52,286 nt of DNA from a virus (Duplodnaviria; Caudoviricetes), in IMG/VR virus record IMGVR_UViG_3300030012_002942, positions 1 through 52,286 of that record. One strand, given 5' to 3'. Under the pieces are notes generated by a model. The model was not told the DNA's origin. It did not search any database and worked only from the letters and a program-made list of their open reading frames with translations. A program made the position numbers and the translations under genes. Positions 27,600 to 36,602 of the stretch are shown here, in pieces; position 1 is the first letter of the stretch, and each line of letters begins with the position of its first letter.

Positions 27600-28175
27600 A
27601 TGGCTAATAATGTTTCGTTTAGAGTATCGTTTGAACAAATTAACAAAGAAGCAGCGGCAAAGCTTCAGGAGATGTACAAACGCTTCAGGACTGATGACTG
27701 CAACTTCAGTGATATGTATGTTGATGGCGAAGAGGGGTCTCCAACATACGAAGAGACTTGTACTCGTACTTGGAATACAGATAATATCGGCTCAAAGTGG
27801 TGTTATCTCGAAGAGTATGATGAGTATGGCTTTTTTGGCAAAAGTGCTTGGGCTGCACCTGAACAAGCACTTTATTGGCTTGCTGAACAACTAGGAGAAG
27901 TAGACCCAGAACTTCTAATGACTGCTTCCTACGAAGACGAGGGTCCAAACTTTGCTGGATGGATGGTGTTTGACGGCGTTGATATGTGGGATGAGGACTA
28001 CAAAGACGACGTCCAGCTTAGAAAGGTCATTGGCGAAATGAACCCTGATGTCAACGTTGAGGATGAGGATGAATACTATGAGGTTCTCTGGGACGGCGTG
28101 TATGAGTGGCAGAGTGACAACTTCAGCAGAGTAGAGAAAGAAATATTCAACTCAAGGGATTTTGAAATTGATTGA
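27600..28175 (+). CDS. Acidic hypothetical protein (DUF1281/YubB ferredoxin-like)
   Basis: WN.DNIGSKW...SAWAAP...YEDEG..FAG pattern. Confidence 0.6.
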   Translation: MANNVSFRVSFEQINKEAAAKLQEMYKRFRTDDCNFSDMYVDGEEGSPTYEETCTRTWNTDNIGSKWCYLEEYDEYGFFGKSAWAAPEQALYWLAEQLGEVDPELLMTASYEDEGPNFAGWMVFDGVDMWDEDYKDDVQLRKVIGEMNPDVNVEDEDEYYEVLWDGVYEWQSDNFSRVEKEIFNSRDFEID

Positions 28176-28737
28176 TGGAAAAGAAATAATAAAAGACGAA
28201 GAAAACTGTTACAACTGCGGTTGCAATCTAAAACCTATATGTCCAGATCATGAGGACGAAAAAGAAGAGAATAAAATGAGAGTAAGAGTACAAAAAGTTC
28301 ACACTAATGCTAAAATGCCTGCAAGGGCTCACAAGACTGATGCGGGGATGGACTTGTTTTTTTGTCCCGCACCTAAACCCGAACTTGATTCTCAGATCGA
28401 GACGGTACTTCCTTTTGGGTCATCAGTCATTCCAACTGGTCTAAAGATTGAGGTGCCCGAAGGTTACATGCTAGAGATTAAAAATAAGTCTGGTATCGCA
28501 TCAAAGCGTGGACTGATCGTGGGAGCCTGTGTTGTTGATCGAGGGTATACGGGCGAGATTTTTGTAAATCTTCATAATGTGACTCACCGTAACCAAACAC
28601 TTCACGAAGGCGATAAAATCGCTCAAGCTGTCTTTGTAAAAGTTGAGACTGACGTGCGATTGGTTGAAGCTGATCACATTTATGATGAGGATACCACCCG
28701 TGGTGACGGCGCTTTGGGATCAACAGGCGACCGATAG
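28162..28737 (+). CDS. dut: dUTPase (trimeric); core starts about 28276, possible Cys-rich N-terminal extension
   Basis: DAGMDL, IPTGL, KSGIA, VVDRGYTGEI, GDKIAQ, RGDGALGSTG. Confidence 0.95.
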   Translation: MKLIDGKEIIKDEENCYNCGCNLKPICPDHEDEKEENKMRVRVQKVHTNAKMPARAHKTDAGMDLFFCPAPKPELDSQIETVLPFGSSVIPTGLKIEVPEGYMLEIKNKSGIASKRGLIVGACVVDRGYTGEIFVNLHNVTHRNQTLHEGDKIAQAVFVKVETDVRLVEADHIYDEDTTRGDGALGSTGDR

Positions 28738-28750
28738 CCTAAGCTGAAAA

Positions 28751-28757
28751 CTACTTA
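28751..28757 (+). promoter_or_regulatory. Putative late-promoter motif CTACTTA
   Basis: AAAACTACTTA, intergenic. Confidence 0.5.
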
Positions 28758-28785
28758 CTCTTGGACTTTACCAAGGGAGCGTAGA

Positions 28786-30039
28786 ATGGCTAACGACACA
28801 TTCAGGCAAGTCCCCAGAACAGGGGTGGTATACGTTGTACAAGAGGCATCCAAACTAGGTTTTTACAGAGGTAATCCAGATTGGGTAAACTTTGGTCAAG
28901 GTCAACCACAAACTGATTTCATTGAAGGCGGCGTAGAGAGAATACACAACATTCCAGTAGTCGATGCTGACAACGAATACGCCCCTGTTTCGGGACTCCC
29001 TGAATTACGGGAAGCAATAGCAAATTATTATAATGAAACTTTCCGCAAGAACAAGAAATCAAAATATACAGCCAAAAACGTTTCTGTCGTATCAGGCGGT
29101 AGGCTCGCCTTAGCAAGACTGGCTGCTTCCTTGGGGAATATTAATCTTGGACACTTTGTTCCAGATTACACTGCCTACGAAGAACTGCTTTCTACATTTA
29201 ATCGCTTCAATCCCATTCCGATTCTGCTTGATCCTGAGAAGGGTTATGCTTTCACAACAGAGGACCTTAAAAGAGAGGTCCACGGACGAGGCTTGGGAGC
29301 CGTACTGGTTTCTAACCCTTGTAATCCCACTGGCAAAACTATTAAAGGCTCTGCCCTGCGTGATTGGGTGAAGATCGGTCGTGAGTTTGACTGCTACATG
29401 TTGATGGATGAGTTCTATAGCTCTTATGTTTATTCTGGGTTGCGTTTAGACGAGACACTCAGCGCCGCCAAATATGTTAAAGATGTGAACGAGGACCCAG
29501 TGGTCATCCTAGATGGTGCGACCAAAAACTGGCGTTATCCTGGCTGGCGTATTTCTTGGATCGTCGGACCCGAGCATGTCATTGAGAGCGTCACCAGTGC
29601 GGGCAGCTTTCTTGACGGCGGTGCTTGCCGTCCAGCCCAACGAGCCATCGTCCCATTGTTGGAGCCAGCCAAGATGAAGCAGGAGACTGCTGCCCTCAAA
29701 GCAAACTTCAGGGAAAAAAGAAGAATAATGTTAGACGGTCTACAGAAGATCGGCGTGACCTTTGAGCGTGAACCTGATGGAGCTTTCTATGCCTGGGGGA
29801 ATGTGTCAGCATTGCCAGAAGGAATCAATAACGGTATGAAGTTCTTCCGAGCCGCTCTCGAAGAGCAGGTCATTGTCGTTCCTGGTGAGTTCTTCGATGT
29901 GAATCCAGGCAAGCGTCGGGGCAAGTCATCTTCACGTTTTGACCAGCACCTGAGATTTTCTTATGGTCCCGATATTGAGATTATCAAAGAAGGAATAAAA
30001 AGGCTCCAAAAGGTAGCAAGCAATTGCACAAAGACTTGA
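28786..30039 (+). CDS. PLP-dependent aminotransferase class I/II
   Basis: GQGQP, Y....G..ELREAIA, SNPCNPTG, DEFY, TKNWRYPGWRI (PLP lysine), PDGAFY, LRFSY. Confidence 0.92.
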   Translation: MANDTFRQVPRTGVVYVVQEASKLGFYRGNPDWVNFGQGQPQTDFIEGGVERIHNIPVVDADNEYAPVSGLPELREAIANYYNETFRKNKKSKYTAKNVSVVSGGRLALARLAASLGNINLGHFVPDYTAYEELLSTFNRFNPIPILLDPEKGYAFTTEDLKREVHGRGLGAVLVSNPCNPTGKTIKGSALRDWVKIGREFDCYMLMDEFYSSYVYSGLRLDETLSAAKYVKDVNEDPVVILDGATKNWRYPGWRISWIVGPEHVIESVTSAGSFLDGGACRPAQRAIVPLLEPAKMKQETAALKANFREKRRIMLDGLQKIGVTFEREPDGAFYAWGNVSALPEGINNGMKFFRAALEEQVIVVPGEFFDVNPGKRRGKSSSRFDQHLRFSYGPDIEIIKEGIKRLQKVASNCTKT

Positions 30040-30080
30040 CATACTGTTCGCCTGTGGTAATATATTAATGTAAGGAGAGT
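30036..30080 (+). promoter_or_regulatory. Strong early sigma70 promoter plus RBS cassette
   Basis: TTGACA-16-TAATAT with extended TG, then TAATGTAAGGAGAG. Repeated at 32183 and 49404. Confidence 0.8.
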
Positions 30081-30311
30081 ATGATGCAAGTCGGTAAAAA
30101 AGTAAGACTCACAGGGATTACCCAGCACGGTAAAAACCGTGTTCGGGAACAGGGCGACACTTGGGAAGTTATTCGGATGAACCCCACGGTAGCTTTTAAG
30201 ACAAAAGCCCCTGGTCCATTTATGTTATTGCAGGCTACTCAGTCTATCAACATGCGCTGGGTTTCCACTATCAACGATGATAACTTTTCAGTAGAGGTCA
30301 TTGATGAGTAG
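30081..30311 (+). CDS. Small SH3/KOW-like protein
   Basis: MQVGKKVRL...VEVIDE. Confidence 0.7.
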   Translation: MMQVGKKVRLTGITQHGKNRVREQGDTWEVIRMNPTVAFKTKAPGPFMLLQATQSINMRWVSTINDDNFSVEVIDE

Positions 30312-30531
30312 AAAAGTTAGCCCTTGGCGACACAACCTTCAGGTTGGTGACTTGGTAAGTATGAAGTCTGGTCACATGGCTATTATTATGAAAGTTAGCG
30401 GTTACAGTACTCAAGCTTGGGACACTGAGCCGCTACCACCACCTCGTGTCAAGATTTTTTACTGTGATGACTCTAGCACAGGGTCTTGTAGTTCTTGGCG
30501 GGTAGACAGGGTATTGAATGCAAATCGGTGA
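30301..30531 (+). CDS. Small SH3/KOW-like protein
   Basis: LQVGDLVSM..G..AII.KV. Confidence 0.7.
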   Translation: MMSRKVSPWRHNLQVGDLVSMKSGHMAIIMKVSGYSTQAWDTEPLPPPRVKIFYCDDSSTGSCSSWRVDRVLNANR

Positions 30532-30724
30532 TCTAGTAAGAATCTCAGACTGGGATCCTAAACTCCACAAAGGTTGGAACCCAGTGGGACTTGTTATGTC
30601 CCTTCCAGAAGTAAAGAATCACGGCACAACTTGTGTCCTTGTTGACTGGCTTGAATCGCCGGATACTGAATATTATTCCGTTCATCATTTAGAAGTTATA
30701 TCAAAGGTTAGCAGAGGAGAATAG
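30518..30724 (+). CDS. Small SH3/KOW-like protein
   Basis: MQIGDLVRI...VGLV...VLVDW...LEVIS. Confidence 0.75.
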   Translation: MQIGDLVRISDWDPKLHKGWNPVGLVMSLPEVKNHGTTCVLVDWLESPDTEYYSVHHLEVISKVSRGE

Positions 30725-30725
30725 A

Positions 30726-31244
30726 ATGGCTGGAGGAATTCAACCTGGAACCACGGCATGGGATAGTCAGTCACTAAAGCACGACAAGGTTGTCCGCTTA
30801 GCTTCAAAGGAAGCAGAGAAAATTCTTCAAGAAAGGTACCCTGGGATCGCACGCCACAATAAGGTAGACAAAGATTCATTGCCAACTGGCTTTGGTGCTT
30901 GTTCTCCCGATGGTGGTGTCTGGTATTATCAAGATAAGCTAATCGCTGCATTTGAAGCCAAAAAGCAGGGACCTCGTGGAAATGCGATTGAGCGTTGGTA
31001 TAAGAACTATTTCTTGATTAAGGAAATCAATGATCGCTGCCCGCTAGTGACTTATGCTATTGGCGAGGGTGTCCGCTACGGCAACCCGATTCACGTCATA
31101 CTGCATGCAGCACACAGAGGACAATATAATACTTTCCGCTCAGACGGTCCATCTTGCTTTCTTGATGAAGAGGGCTTTACATTTGAAGAGATTAGAGATA
31201 ATATTGTTGAGTTCATTGAAGGCGAGATAAAACAATATGACTAA
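30726..31244 (+). CDS. EcoRI-family type II restriction endonuclease-like protein
   Basis: PDGG...EAKKQG...GNAIER..KN matches the EcoRI catalytic PD..EAK and recognition GNAIER motifs. Confidence 0.8.
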   Translation: MAGGIQPGTTAWDSQSLKHDKVVRLASKEAEKILQERYPGIARHNKVDKDSLPTGFGACSPDGGVWYYQDKLIAAFEAKKQGPRGNAIERWYKNYFLIKEINDRCPLVTYAIGEGVRYGNPIHVILHAAHRGQYNTFRSDGPSCFLDEEGFTFEEIRDNIVEFIEGEIKQYD

Positions 31245-32163
31245 ACCTCTTTATATGTGGGCTGGCGGTAAGACCCGTATGCTGAAGAAGTATGCTGACT
31301 TGCTTGAGGGCGTATCCTTCGATCGATATGTTGAGCCTTTCTTTGGCGGTGGTGCAATGTTTATCTGGGCGTACCAGCAGAATCCTGATGCTGAGTTTAT
31401 TATTAATGATATCAACTCTGGGATTATGAACATTTACACTGCTATTAAAGATGACTGTGATAACTTCACCAAAGTTATGGATATTCTATCAAAAGAGTAT
31501 TTATCACTCCCTAAGGGTGAGACTGACAAGTCATTTGAAAATGAGCACGAAAAGAATTGGGATAAGTTGTATCGCCTCCGCCCGTGCCGCCGATACTTCT
31601 ATTTCAATCTTCGGCAGAAGCATGCCTACGAATATCAGGACTGGGGCGCAACGAAAGAGGCTGCTGTTTTATATTTCTTGATGAAAACAGGCTTTAATGG
31701 CTTGTGGCAAGAAAACAAAAATACCAACGGTCGCTTTGGTACTCCTGCTGGCTTACTGAATCAAAAAGATAAAGTCTATGATAAAGAAGTCGTTGAGTGG
31801 TGGCACACCGCCTTACAGAAGTGTACAATCCTCAGTGACGACTTCGAAGCAACAAAAGAATATATTAACTCTGATACTTTCCTCTTTATGGATCCTCCTT
31901 ATCGAGACAGTTTCACTCAGTACGAGACTGACTTCAATGACGACGAACAGAAACGTGTAATCAGTTTGTTGAAGGTTTGCCAGGGTCACGGTGGAACAGG
32001 GTGGCTCTCAAACAGAGATGCTGGCGACGGCTTTTTCGAAGAGAACGCATCAGAGTTTGCAATGCATAAGTTCCCTGTGACTTATACCGCAGGAAGAAGA
32101 AAGAAAGTCGATGATGGCTTTGAGGCTAAAAAAGCCACCGAAATTCTTTTGGTAACAAAATAA
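31237..32163 (+). CDS. dam: Dam/D12-family N6-adenine DNA methyltransferase
   Basis: WAGGK, YVEPFFGGGA, INDIN, FNG....N..G.F..P, DPPY, LSN, terminal E.L. Confidence 0.9.
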   Translation: MTKPLYMWAGGKTRMLKKYADLLEGVSFDRYVEPFFGGGAMFIWAYQQNPDAEFIINDINSGIMNIYTAIKDDCDNFTKVMDILSKEYLSLPKGETDKSFENEHEKNWDKLYRLRPCRRYFYFNLRQKHAYEYQDWGATKEAAVLYFLMKTGFNGLWQENKNTNGRFGTPAGLLNQKDKVYDKEVVEWWHTALQKCTILSDDFEATKEYINSDTFLFMDPPYRDSFTQYETDFNDDEQKRVISLLKVCQGHGGTGWLSNRDAGDGFFEENASEFAMHKFPVTYTAGRRKKVDDGFEAKKATEILLVTK

Positions 32164-32182
32164 AATATATTTCCCAAAAAGC

Positions 32183-32230
32183 TTGACCTGTGCTCTCCTC
32201 ATGGTAATATACTAATGTAAGGAGAGAGTG
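32183..32230 (+). promoter_or_regulatory. Strong early sigma70 promoter plus RBS cassette
   Basis: TTGACC-16-TAATAT with extended TG, then TAATGTAAGGAGAG. Confidence 0.8.
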
Positions 32231-32386
32231 ATGTCAGTTCAAGATCATATTGAAAATATTCTCAACGCCCAGGGCAAGATTGCCATTGACTTTTGGAGTG
32301 CTGCTATCTGCGAGCACCCTCAAGATGCTAAAGCCATCTTGGATGTTGTTGGTGATCACCTTGTAGAAAACTCTAACTGGTTATAG
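32231..32386 (+). CDS. Small hypothetical protein (51 aa, not in ORF track)
   Basis: ATG after AAGGAGAG: MSVQDHIENILNAQGKIAIDFWSAAICEHP... Confidence 0.7.
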   Translation: MSVQDHIENILNAQGKIAIDFWSAAICEHPQDAKAILDVVGDHLVENSNWL

Positions 32387-32392
32387 GAGAGA

Positions 32393-32653
32393 GTGATGCT
32401 ATACGGCAAAGAACTTCTCAAGTCAATCCAGAAACGGAGCCGCATCCAGCCCGGTATGTTAGTCAACTGCCGTTGGAGCACGGACACCGCTGAGTTTACT
32501 AAGAAGCTCGCTTTGGTGGTTGAGGTATCTCCAGGCTGTAAGTTTGATCGGGATTACGAAGGGGCAGAGGAGCATCTCTTCTATCGGTGCCAGCGCTTTG
32601 ATGGTGCGCCAGACTTCGTAGACTATGCCTGCAATATGGAGATTGTATCGTGA
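32393..32653 (+). CDS. Small SH3/KOW-like protein
   Basis: IQPGMLVNC...LALVVEV...MEIVS. RBS GGAGAGAGTGATG is identical to that of 32231. Confidence 0.7.
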   Translation: MMLYGKELLKSIQKRSRIQPGMLVNCRWSTDTAEFTKKLALVVEVSPGCKFDRDYEGAEEHLFYRCQRFDGAPDFVDYACNMEIVS

Positions 32654-32832
32654 AGCCAATAAATAGATTTAGTATCGGTGCCCTAGTCAATGTTGATAAG
32701 CATTACAACAAAACTTTGGGTATGATTGTTCGCCAAAGCCGTGGGTACAACTGGATTGTCAAGCGTATGAACGACGGTCAAAATGTTCTAGCCCACGAAG
32801 ATAATATGGAGGTGGTCAGTGAAGCCAGGTGA
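32650..32832 (+). CDS. Small SH3/KOW-like protein
   Basis: FSIGALVNV...LGMIV...MEVVSEAR. Confidence 0.7.
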   Translation: MKPINRFSIGALVNVDKHYNKTLGMIVRQSRGYNWIVKRMNDGQNVLAHEDNMEVVSEAR

Positions 32833-32983
32833 TTTGGTTCGGCACCGAGGGAACAAAAAAGTATATCTTGTACTTAAAGCCCGTGAGGTCAAAGGCGAGG
32901 TTGTCTACGTTCACTTAGAGGGTATGCCCCCAAACCGAGCCGTCTATCTACAATCTCTGGAGATGTTGAATGAAGCCAGGTGA
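32819..32983 (+). CDS. Small SH3/KOW-like protein (54 aa, not in ORF track)
   Basis: GTG after GGAGGT: MKPGDLVRHRGNKKVYLVL...LEMLNEAR. Confidence 0.75.
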   Translation: MKPGDLVRHRGNKKVYLVLKAREVKGEVVYVHLEGMPPNRAVYLQSLEMLNEAR

Positions 32984-32993
32984 TTTAGTTCGG
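32820..32993 (+). repeat. 23-bp near-perfect direct repeat at two successive gene junctions
   Basis: TGAAGCCAGGTGATTT(G/A)GTTCGG at 32820 and 32971. Confidence 0.85.
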
Positions 32994-33167
32994 ATTAAAA
33001 AGTCAGCCATCACCGCTTGGTCTACATTGTGGTTTGTTGATCTTGCTGAAAACAAGTCACCGCTCCTTGTGATGGAACTCGTTAATAGACGCCATTGGAA
33101 AGTAATGAAGCCCGATGGAAATACTTTTTTTGTTGAAGAAGAAAACCTAACGAAGAGGATGTGGTAA
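32970..33167 (+). CDS. Small SH3/KOW-like protein
   Basis: MKPGDLVRI...LLV.E....WKV...G....V.E..L. Confidence 0.75.
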   Translation: MKPGDLVRIKKSAITAWSTLWFVDLAENKSPLLVMELVNRRHWKVMKPDGNTFFVEEENLTKRMW

Positions 33168-33406
33168 TGGAACGAGAAACTTACAACTCACGGCTCAGGT
33201 CAAACCCTGAAGATATTCCTGCCGGCAGCTTGCTGCGGATCAAGAAGCATTGTCGTAAGAATAATATCGTTAAACAAAATGGTGAGCTTGCTATACTGGT
33301 AGAACGTCCGCACGGAACATATATTTCACACGATGTTTTATTCCCCTCGGGTCGCAGAACTATTTTTATACCGATGAACTGGGAGGTAGTTAGTTATGCA
33401 CGATAG
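33161..33406 (+). CDS. Small SH3/KOW-like protein
   Basis: IPAGSLLRI...GELAILVE...WEVVSYAR. Confidence 0.65.
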   Translation: MVMERETYNSRLRSNPEDIPAGSLLRIKKHCRKNNIVKQNGELAILVERPHGTYISHDVLFPSGRRTIFIPMNWEVVSYAR

Positions 33407-33653
33407 GATGTGGAAAGTCCAGCAGCCTGGGACTCTCTTACGAGGGCGTAGTAGTCATCAATATGGCAGGCTGGCTTTGGTCCTTGATAAGGCTTACGAT
33501 GGACCCACGCCAAGCAATGGGTATCCTCCCCGTCGGTATGTAAAAATGCAATGGGTAGCAACTGGCGAGCGGTTTGAAGAAATGTTAGTAAATGCTCATA
33601 ATTGTTTTGACATTGTGAGTTCTCATGATACACTGGGACCGGAGGAGAACTGA
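33396..33653 (+). CDS. Small SH3/KOW-like protein
   Basis: QPGTLLRG...GRLALVL...VKMQW...FDIVS. Confidence 0.65.
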   Translation: MHDRMWKVQQPGTLLRGRSSHQYGRLALVLDKAYDGPTPSNGYPPRRYVKMQWVATGERFEEMLVNAHNCFDIVSSHDTLGPEEN

Positions 33654-33853
33654 TGGCTATTACACCTAAGTTCAAGCCAGGTCAACTGGTCAAGTATAAT
33701 CACACTTCCAATCCACTTGTTGGTTTGGTCAAGGCTACACGTCGTGCCCGCCGCCACGGCGACCCTGTGATCGTACTTGTCCAGTGGTGCAATGACCGGA
33801 ACACAGAAGAATATATATATCAAAAAGATTTGAAACTAGTGGAGGACGTATGA
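33653..33853 (+). CDS. Small SH3/KOW-like protein
   Basis: FKPGQLVKY...VGLV...VLVQW...E.I...DLKLV. Confidence 0.75.
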   Translation: MAITPKFKPGQLVKYNHTSNPLVGLVKATRRARRHGDPVIVLVQWCNDRNTEEYIYQKDLKLVEDV

Positions 33854-34365
33854 ATATTTTTGCTATTGAAGGTGACTTAGAGACAGGTCAAATCGACTGG
33901 GAGAAGTCAGCACATTCTCAAGACAATCTACGAGTTGTCAAGATGATTTTAGAGTCTTGTCAGATTTTATCTACAGTACTCAATGAGCAGGGGATGAAAG
34001 CACCGTATCGGTCATTCAATCCAAAGCACCCATCGTGCTTGTGGGCTGCCGAATCATCCAGCAACTTTGTTAATCTTGCTATACATTGCCAAGCAATGAT
34101 CGATGAGTATGAGCATCGGTTCAACAAGACACACAAGTGCCTGGCAGTTCTTCAGACTCTTATAGAAATGTTTGACCCTGATTTATTTCCTCAGCAGGAA
34201 TGTACTCCTCTACGCCTGGCTATGCCAGAAGAATTCAAATCAGACAATCCTGTACTATCATACAGAAAGTTCTACGCTTCGAAGCCAAGGCTGCGATATC
34301 CCAAGGACAAGATTCCAGATTGGGTTATGAAATATCGAGAGCAAGAGCCGATTGAAATCTGCTAG
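33850..34365 (+). CDS. Pyrimidine-dimer DNA glycosylase (DenV)-related protein
   Basis: MNIF...VVKMILES.Q.L...HP...W...EY..RF.K.H...AMP...YR.FY. Confidence 0.7.
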   Translation: MNIFAIEGDLETGQIDWEKSAHSQDNLRVVKMILESCQILSTVLNEQGMKAPYRSFNPKHPSCLWAAESSSNFVNLAIHCQAMIDEYEHRFNKTHKCLAVLQTLIEMFDPDLFPQQECTPLRLAMPEEFKSDNPVLSYRKFYASKPRLRYPKDKIPDWVMKYREQEPIEIC

Positions 34366-34400
34366 GGAATAAAATACTTTCTATAGGGTCTAAGAAAAAA

Positions 34401-34407
34401 CTAGTTA
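34401..34407 (+). promoter_or_regulatory. Putative late-promoter motif CTAGTTA
   Basis: AAAACTAGTTA, intergenic, upstream of ftsH. Confidence 0.5.
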
Positions 34408-34443
34408 CTTAAGTTTCTAGATCTTTTCTGGAGTACCTTTCCG

Positions 34444-36264
34444 ATGTTTTCTAAGCAATCCTACAGAAGTTTTATCATATGGTTTTTAGTCTTTGCAGCC
34501 GTTGCTTCTCTGTATGGAACCGCCGGAATATCTCAGCAAACTCTTCCAACAAACCTGTCTTATAGTAAAGCTTTAGAGATTGTTGGTGATGCGGAAGAAA
34601 GTAGAAAAGTAATAAAGATAACCATCCAGCAGGATAGCTGGTTGATAGATATCGACGGAAAGAAATATAAAACAGTAGGACCCTTATCAGAGGAAACTCT
34701 CAATAGCCTATCTAAAAACAAAAATATTGAACTCTCGTTCAAAGGAGCTAAGGCTCCATCAATATGGGCAACTATATTAATATCCTGGGTGCCTACACTA
34801 CTAATCATTTTTGTGCTTTATTATTTTATATCAAAAGCACTGAAGAATGTCCCCAGTGGTGGCAGCCGAATGGATAAGTTTTCAAACTCTAAAGCAAGAG
34901 TCATTTTACCATCTGATGACGGTGTCAACTTTGATGACGTTGCTGGGTGCGATGAGGCAAAGTCAGAACTCGAAGAGTTAGTTGAGTTCCTTCGCAAGCC
35001 ACAAAAGTTCACACGCTTAGGTGGCAAGTTACCGAAGGGGGTTCTGCTTTATGGTCCTCCTGGGACTGGTAAGACCCTTTTAGCCAAAGCCGTTGCTAAT
35101 GAAGCACAAGTGCCCTTCTTAGTGTCTTCTGGTTCTGAATTTGTTGAGATGTTCGTCGGCGTCGGCGCATCAAGAGTCCGAGACCTTTTTGATCAGGCTT
35201 ATAGCTTGGCTCCCTGTATTGTTTTTATTGATGAGCTAGATGCCATCGGTAAAACTAGAGGAGGCAAGGGATCAACAGGAAACGACGAAAGAGAGCAGAC
35301 CCTAAACCAGATACTTGTAGAGATGGATGGATTTGATGATAACTCTGGCATCATTGTTTTGGCTGCTACTAATAGAATAGAGATCCTAGACAAAGCTCTA
35401 ACAAGACCAGGGCGATTTGATAGAAAGGTCGCCGTACCACTACCAGATGCTAATGGAAGAAAAGAAATATTAAAGATTCACTTTGCAAACTCACCTGTTT
35501 CCGAGGATGTAGATCTGGAAGTTTTATCAGCAACGACATCAGGTCTTTCAGGTGCTGACTTGGCTAACTTAATAAACGAAGCGTGCATACTTGCAGCAAT
35601 GGAAGATTCAAAGCTTGTCACTAATCAGCATATCGAACTTGCAAAAGATAAGATTCTTATGGGCAAACCTAGAAAGTCTATGAAGCTAACAGAATCCTCA
35701 CGCCGAGCCACTGCTATTCACGAGGCTGGTCATGCAATTCTGGCATACTACCTAGATGAAGCTGATCCACTTCATAAGGTTACAATTATCCCTCACGGAA
35801 GGGCTTTGGGTGTAACTATTCAGATGCCAGAGGAAGATCGACTTTCGTGGAGCAAAAAAGAAAACATAGCAAGAATAAAGGTATTGCTAGGTGGCTTCAT
35901 TGCCGAAAGAATGTTCTATGGAGATGACGGCACAACCACAGGTGTATCTAATGACTTGTTAAGGGCCAAGCAGATAGCAGAGACAATGGTCAAGGACTAC
36001 GGAATGGGTGCAGTCGGACCAGTTTATTTTGGAAACTCTTCAGGCTATGGCAACCGAGGTGCTGATACCTCTGATCTTGCCAAAGAGGAGTTTGATGATG
36101 CTGTCAAAGAAATAATGGAAGAAGCTCTTCATTCTGCGGAAAAGCTGCTGGAAGATAAACGTGAACATATTGCCGTATTGACTGAGGCTCTAATGGAGAA
36201 AGATACAGTTATGGCTTCAGAGTTAGAAGGTCTGTTTTCTATTATTGATATTTATTTGGACTAA
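34444..36264 (+). CDS. ftsH: ATP-dependent zinc metalloprotease FtsH
   Basis: Two N-terminal TM segments, [20 protein letters not shown]...LD.AL.RPGRFDR, HEAGH. Confidence 0.97.
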   Translation: MFSKQSYRSFIIWFLVFAAVASLYGTAGISQQTLPTNLSYSKALEIVGDAEESRKVIKITIQQDSWLIDIDGKKYKTVGPLSEETLNSLSKNKNIELSFKGAKAPSIWATILISWVPTLLIIFVLYYFISKALKNVPSGGSRMDKFSNSKARVILPSDDGVNFDDVAGCDEAKSELEELVEFLRKPQKFTRLGGKLPKGVLLYGPPGTGKTLLAKAVANEAQVPFLVSSGSEFVEMFVGVGASRVRDLFDQAYSLAPCIVFIDELDAIGKTRGGKGSTGNDEREQTLNQILVEMDGFDDNSGIIVLAATNRIEILDKALTRPGRFDRKVAVPLPDANGRKEILKIHFANSPVSEDVDLEVLSATTSGLSGADLANLINEACILAAMEDSKLVTNQHIELAKDKILMGKPRKSMKLTESSRRATAIHEAGHAILAYYLDEADPLHKVTIIPHGRALGVTIQMPEEDRLSWSKKENIARIKVLLGGFIAERMFYGDDGTTTGVSNDLLRAKQIAETMVKDYGMGAVGPVYFGNSSGYGNRGADTSDLAKEEFDDAVKEIMEEALHSAEKLLEDKREHIAVLTEALMEKDTVMASELEGLFSIIDIYLD

Positions 36265-36269
36265 AACAC

Positions 36270-36297
36270 TTGACTCCTATTTTTACTGTGGTATCTT
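36270..36297 (+). promoter_or_regulatory. Sigma70-type promoter (TTGACT-16-TATCTT, extended TG)
   Basis: Same architecture as the 30036 and 32183 promoters. Confidence 0.65.
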
Positions 36298-36320
36298 ACT
36301 AGAGTAGAAAAGGAGTTCCG

Positions 36321-36602
36321 ATGTCGGACAAGAAGCACAAGAAGAGGCTCAAGCGGGAAGCTAAGAAAAAGAAAGAAAAAAAGCTTGCCCAAGACCAACA
36401 ACAAAAGATCCGCAACCAAGTGGGTATGTTTGATAGACTGCCCAAGTCTTGCAGTGCATGCGATAAGGTCTTCCCAAAGACTCGGGAAGCACATATGACT
36501 TGGAAAGTCACAGTTAGAAACAAAGAACAACAAGTCAGGCTATTCTGCCCTGACTGCCTAGACAAAGCCAAAACGGCGGTGGAGAATAGTAATGAAGTTT
36601 AA
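36321..36602 (+). CDS. Basic zinc-ribbon hypothetical protein
   Basis: CSAC...CPDC with a Lys-rich N-terminus. AAAGGAG RBS. Confidence 0.75.
   Translation: MSDKKHKKRLKREAKKKKEKKLAQDQQQKIRNQVGMFDRLPKSCSACDKVFPKTREAHMTWKVTVRNKEQQVRLFCPDCLDKAKTAVENSNEV

Noticed and set aside
30081-33853. Integron or diversity-generating retroelement behind the mini-gene array
   Set aside because: Genes overlap with no room for attC sites. No integrase, reverse transcriptase or TR/VR pair is visible in the window.
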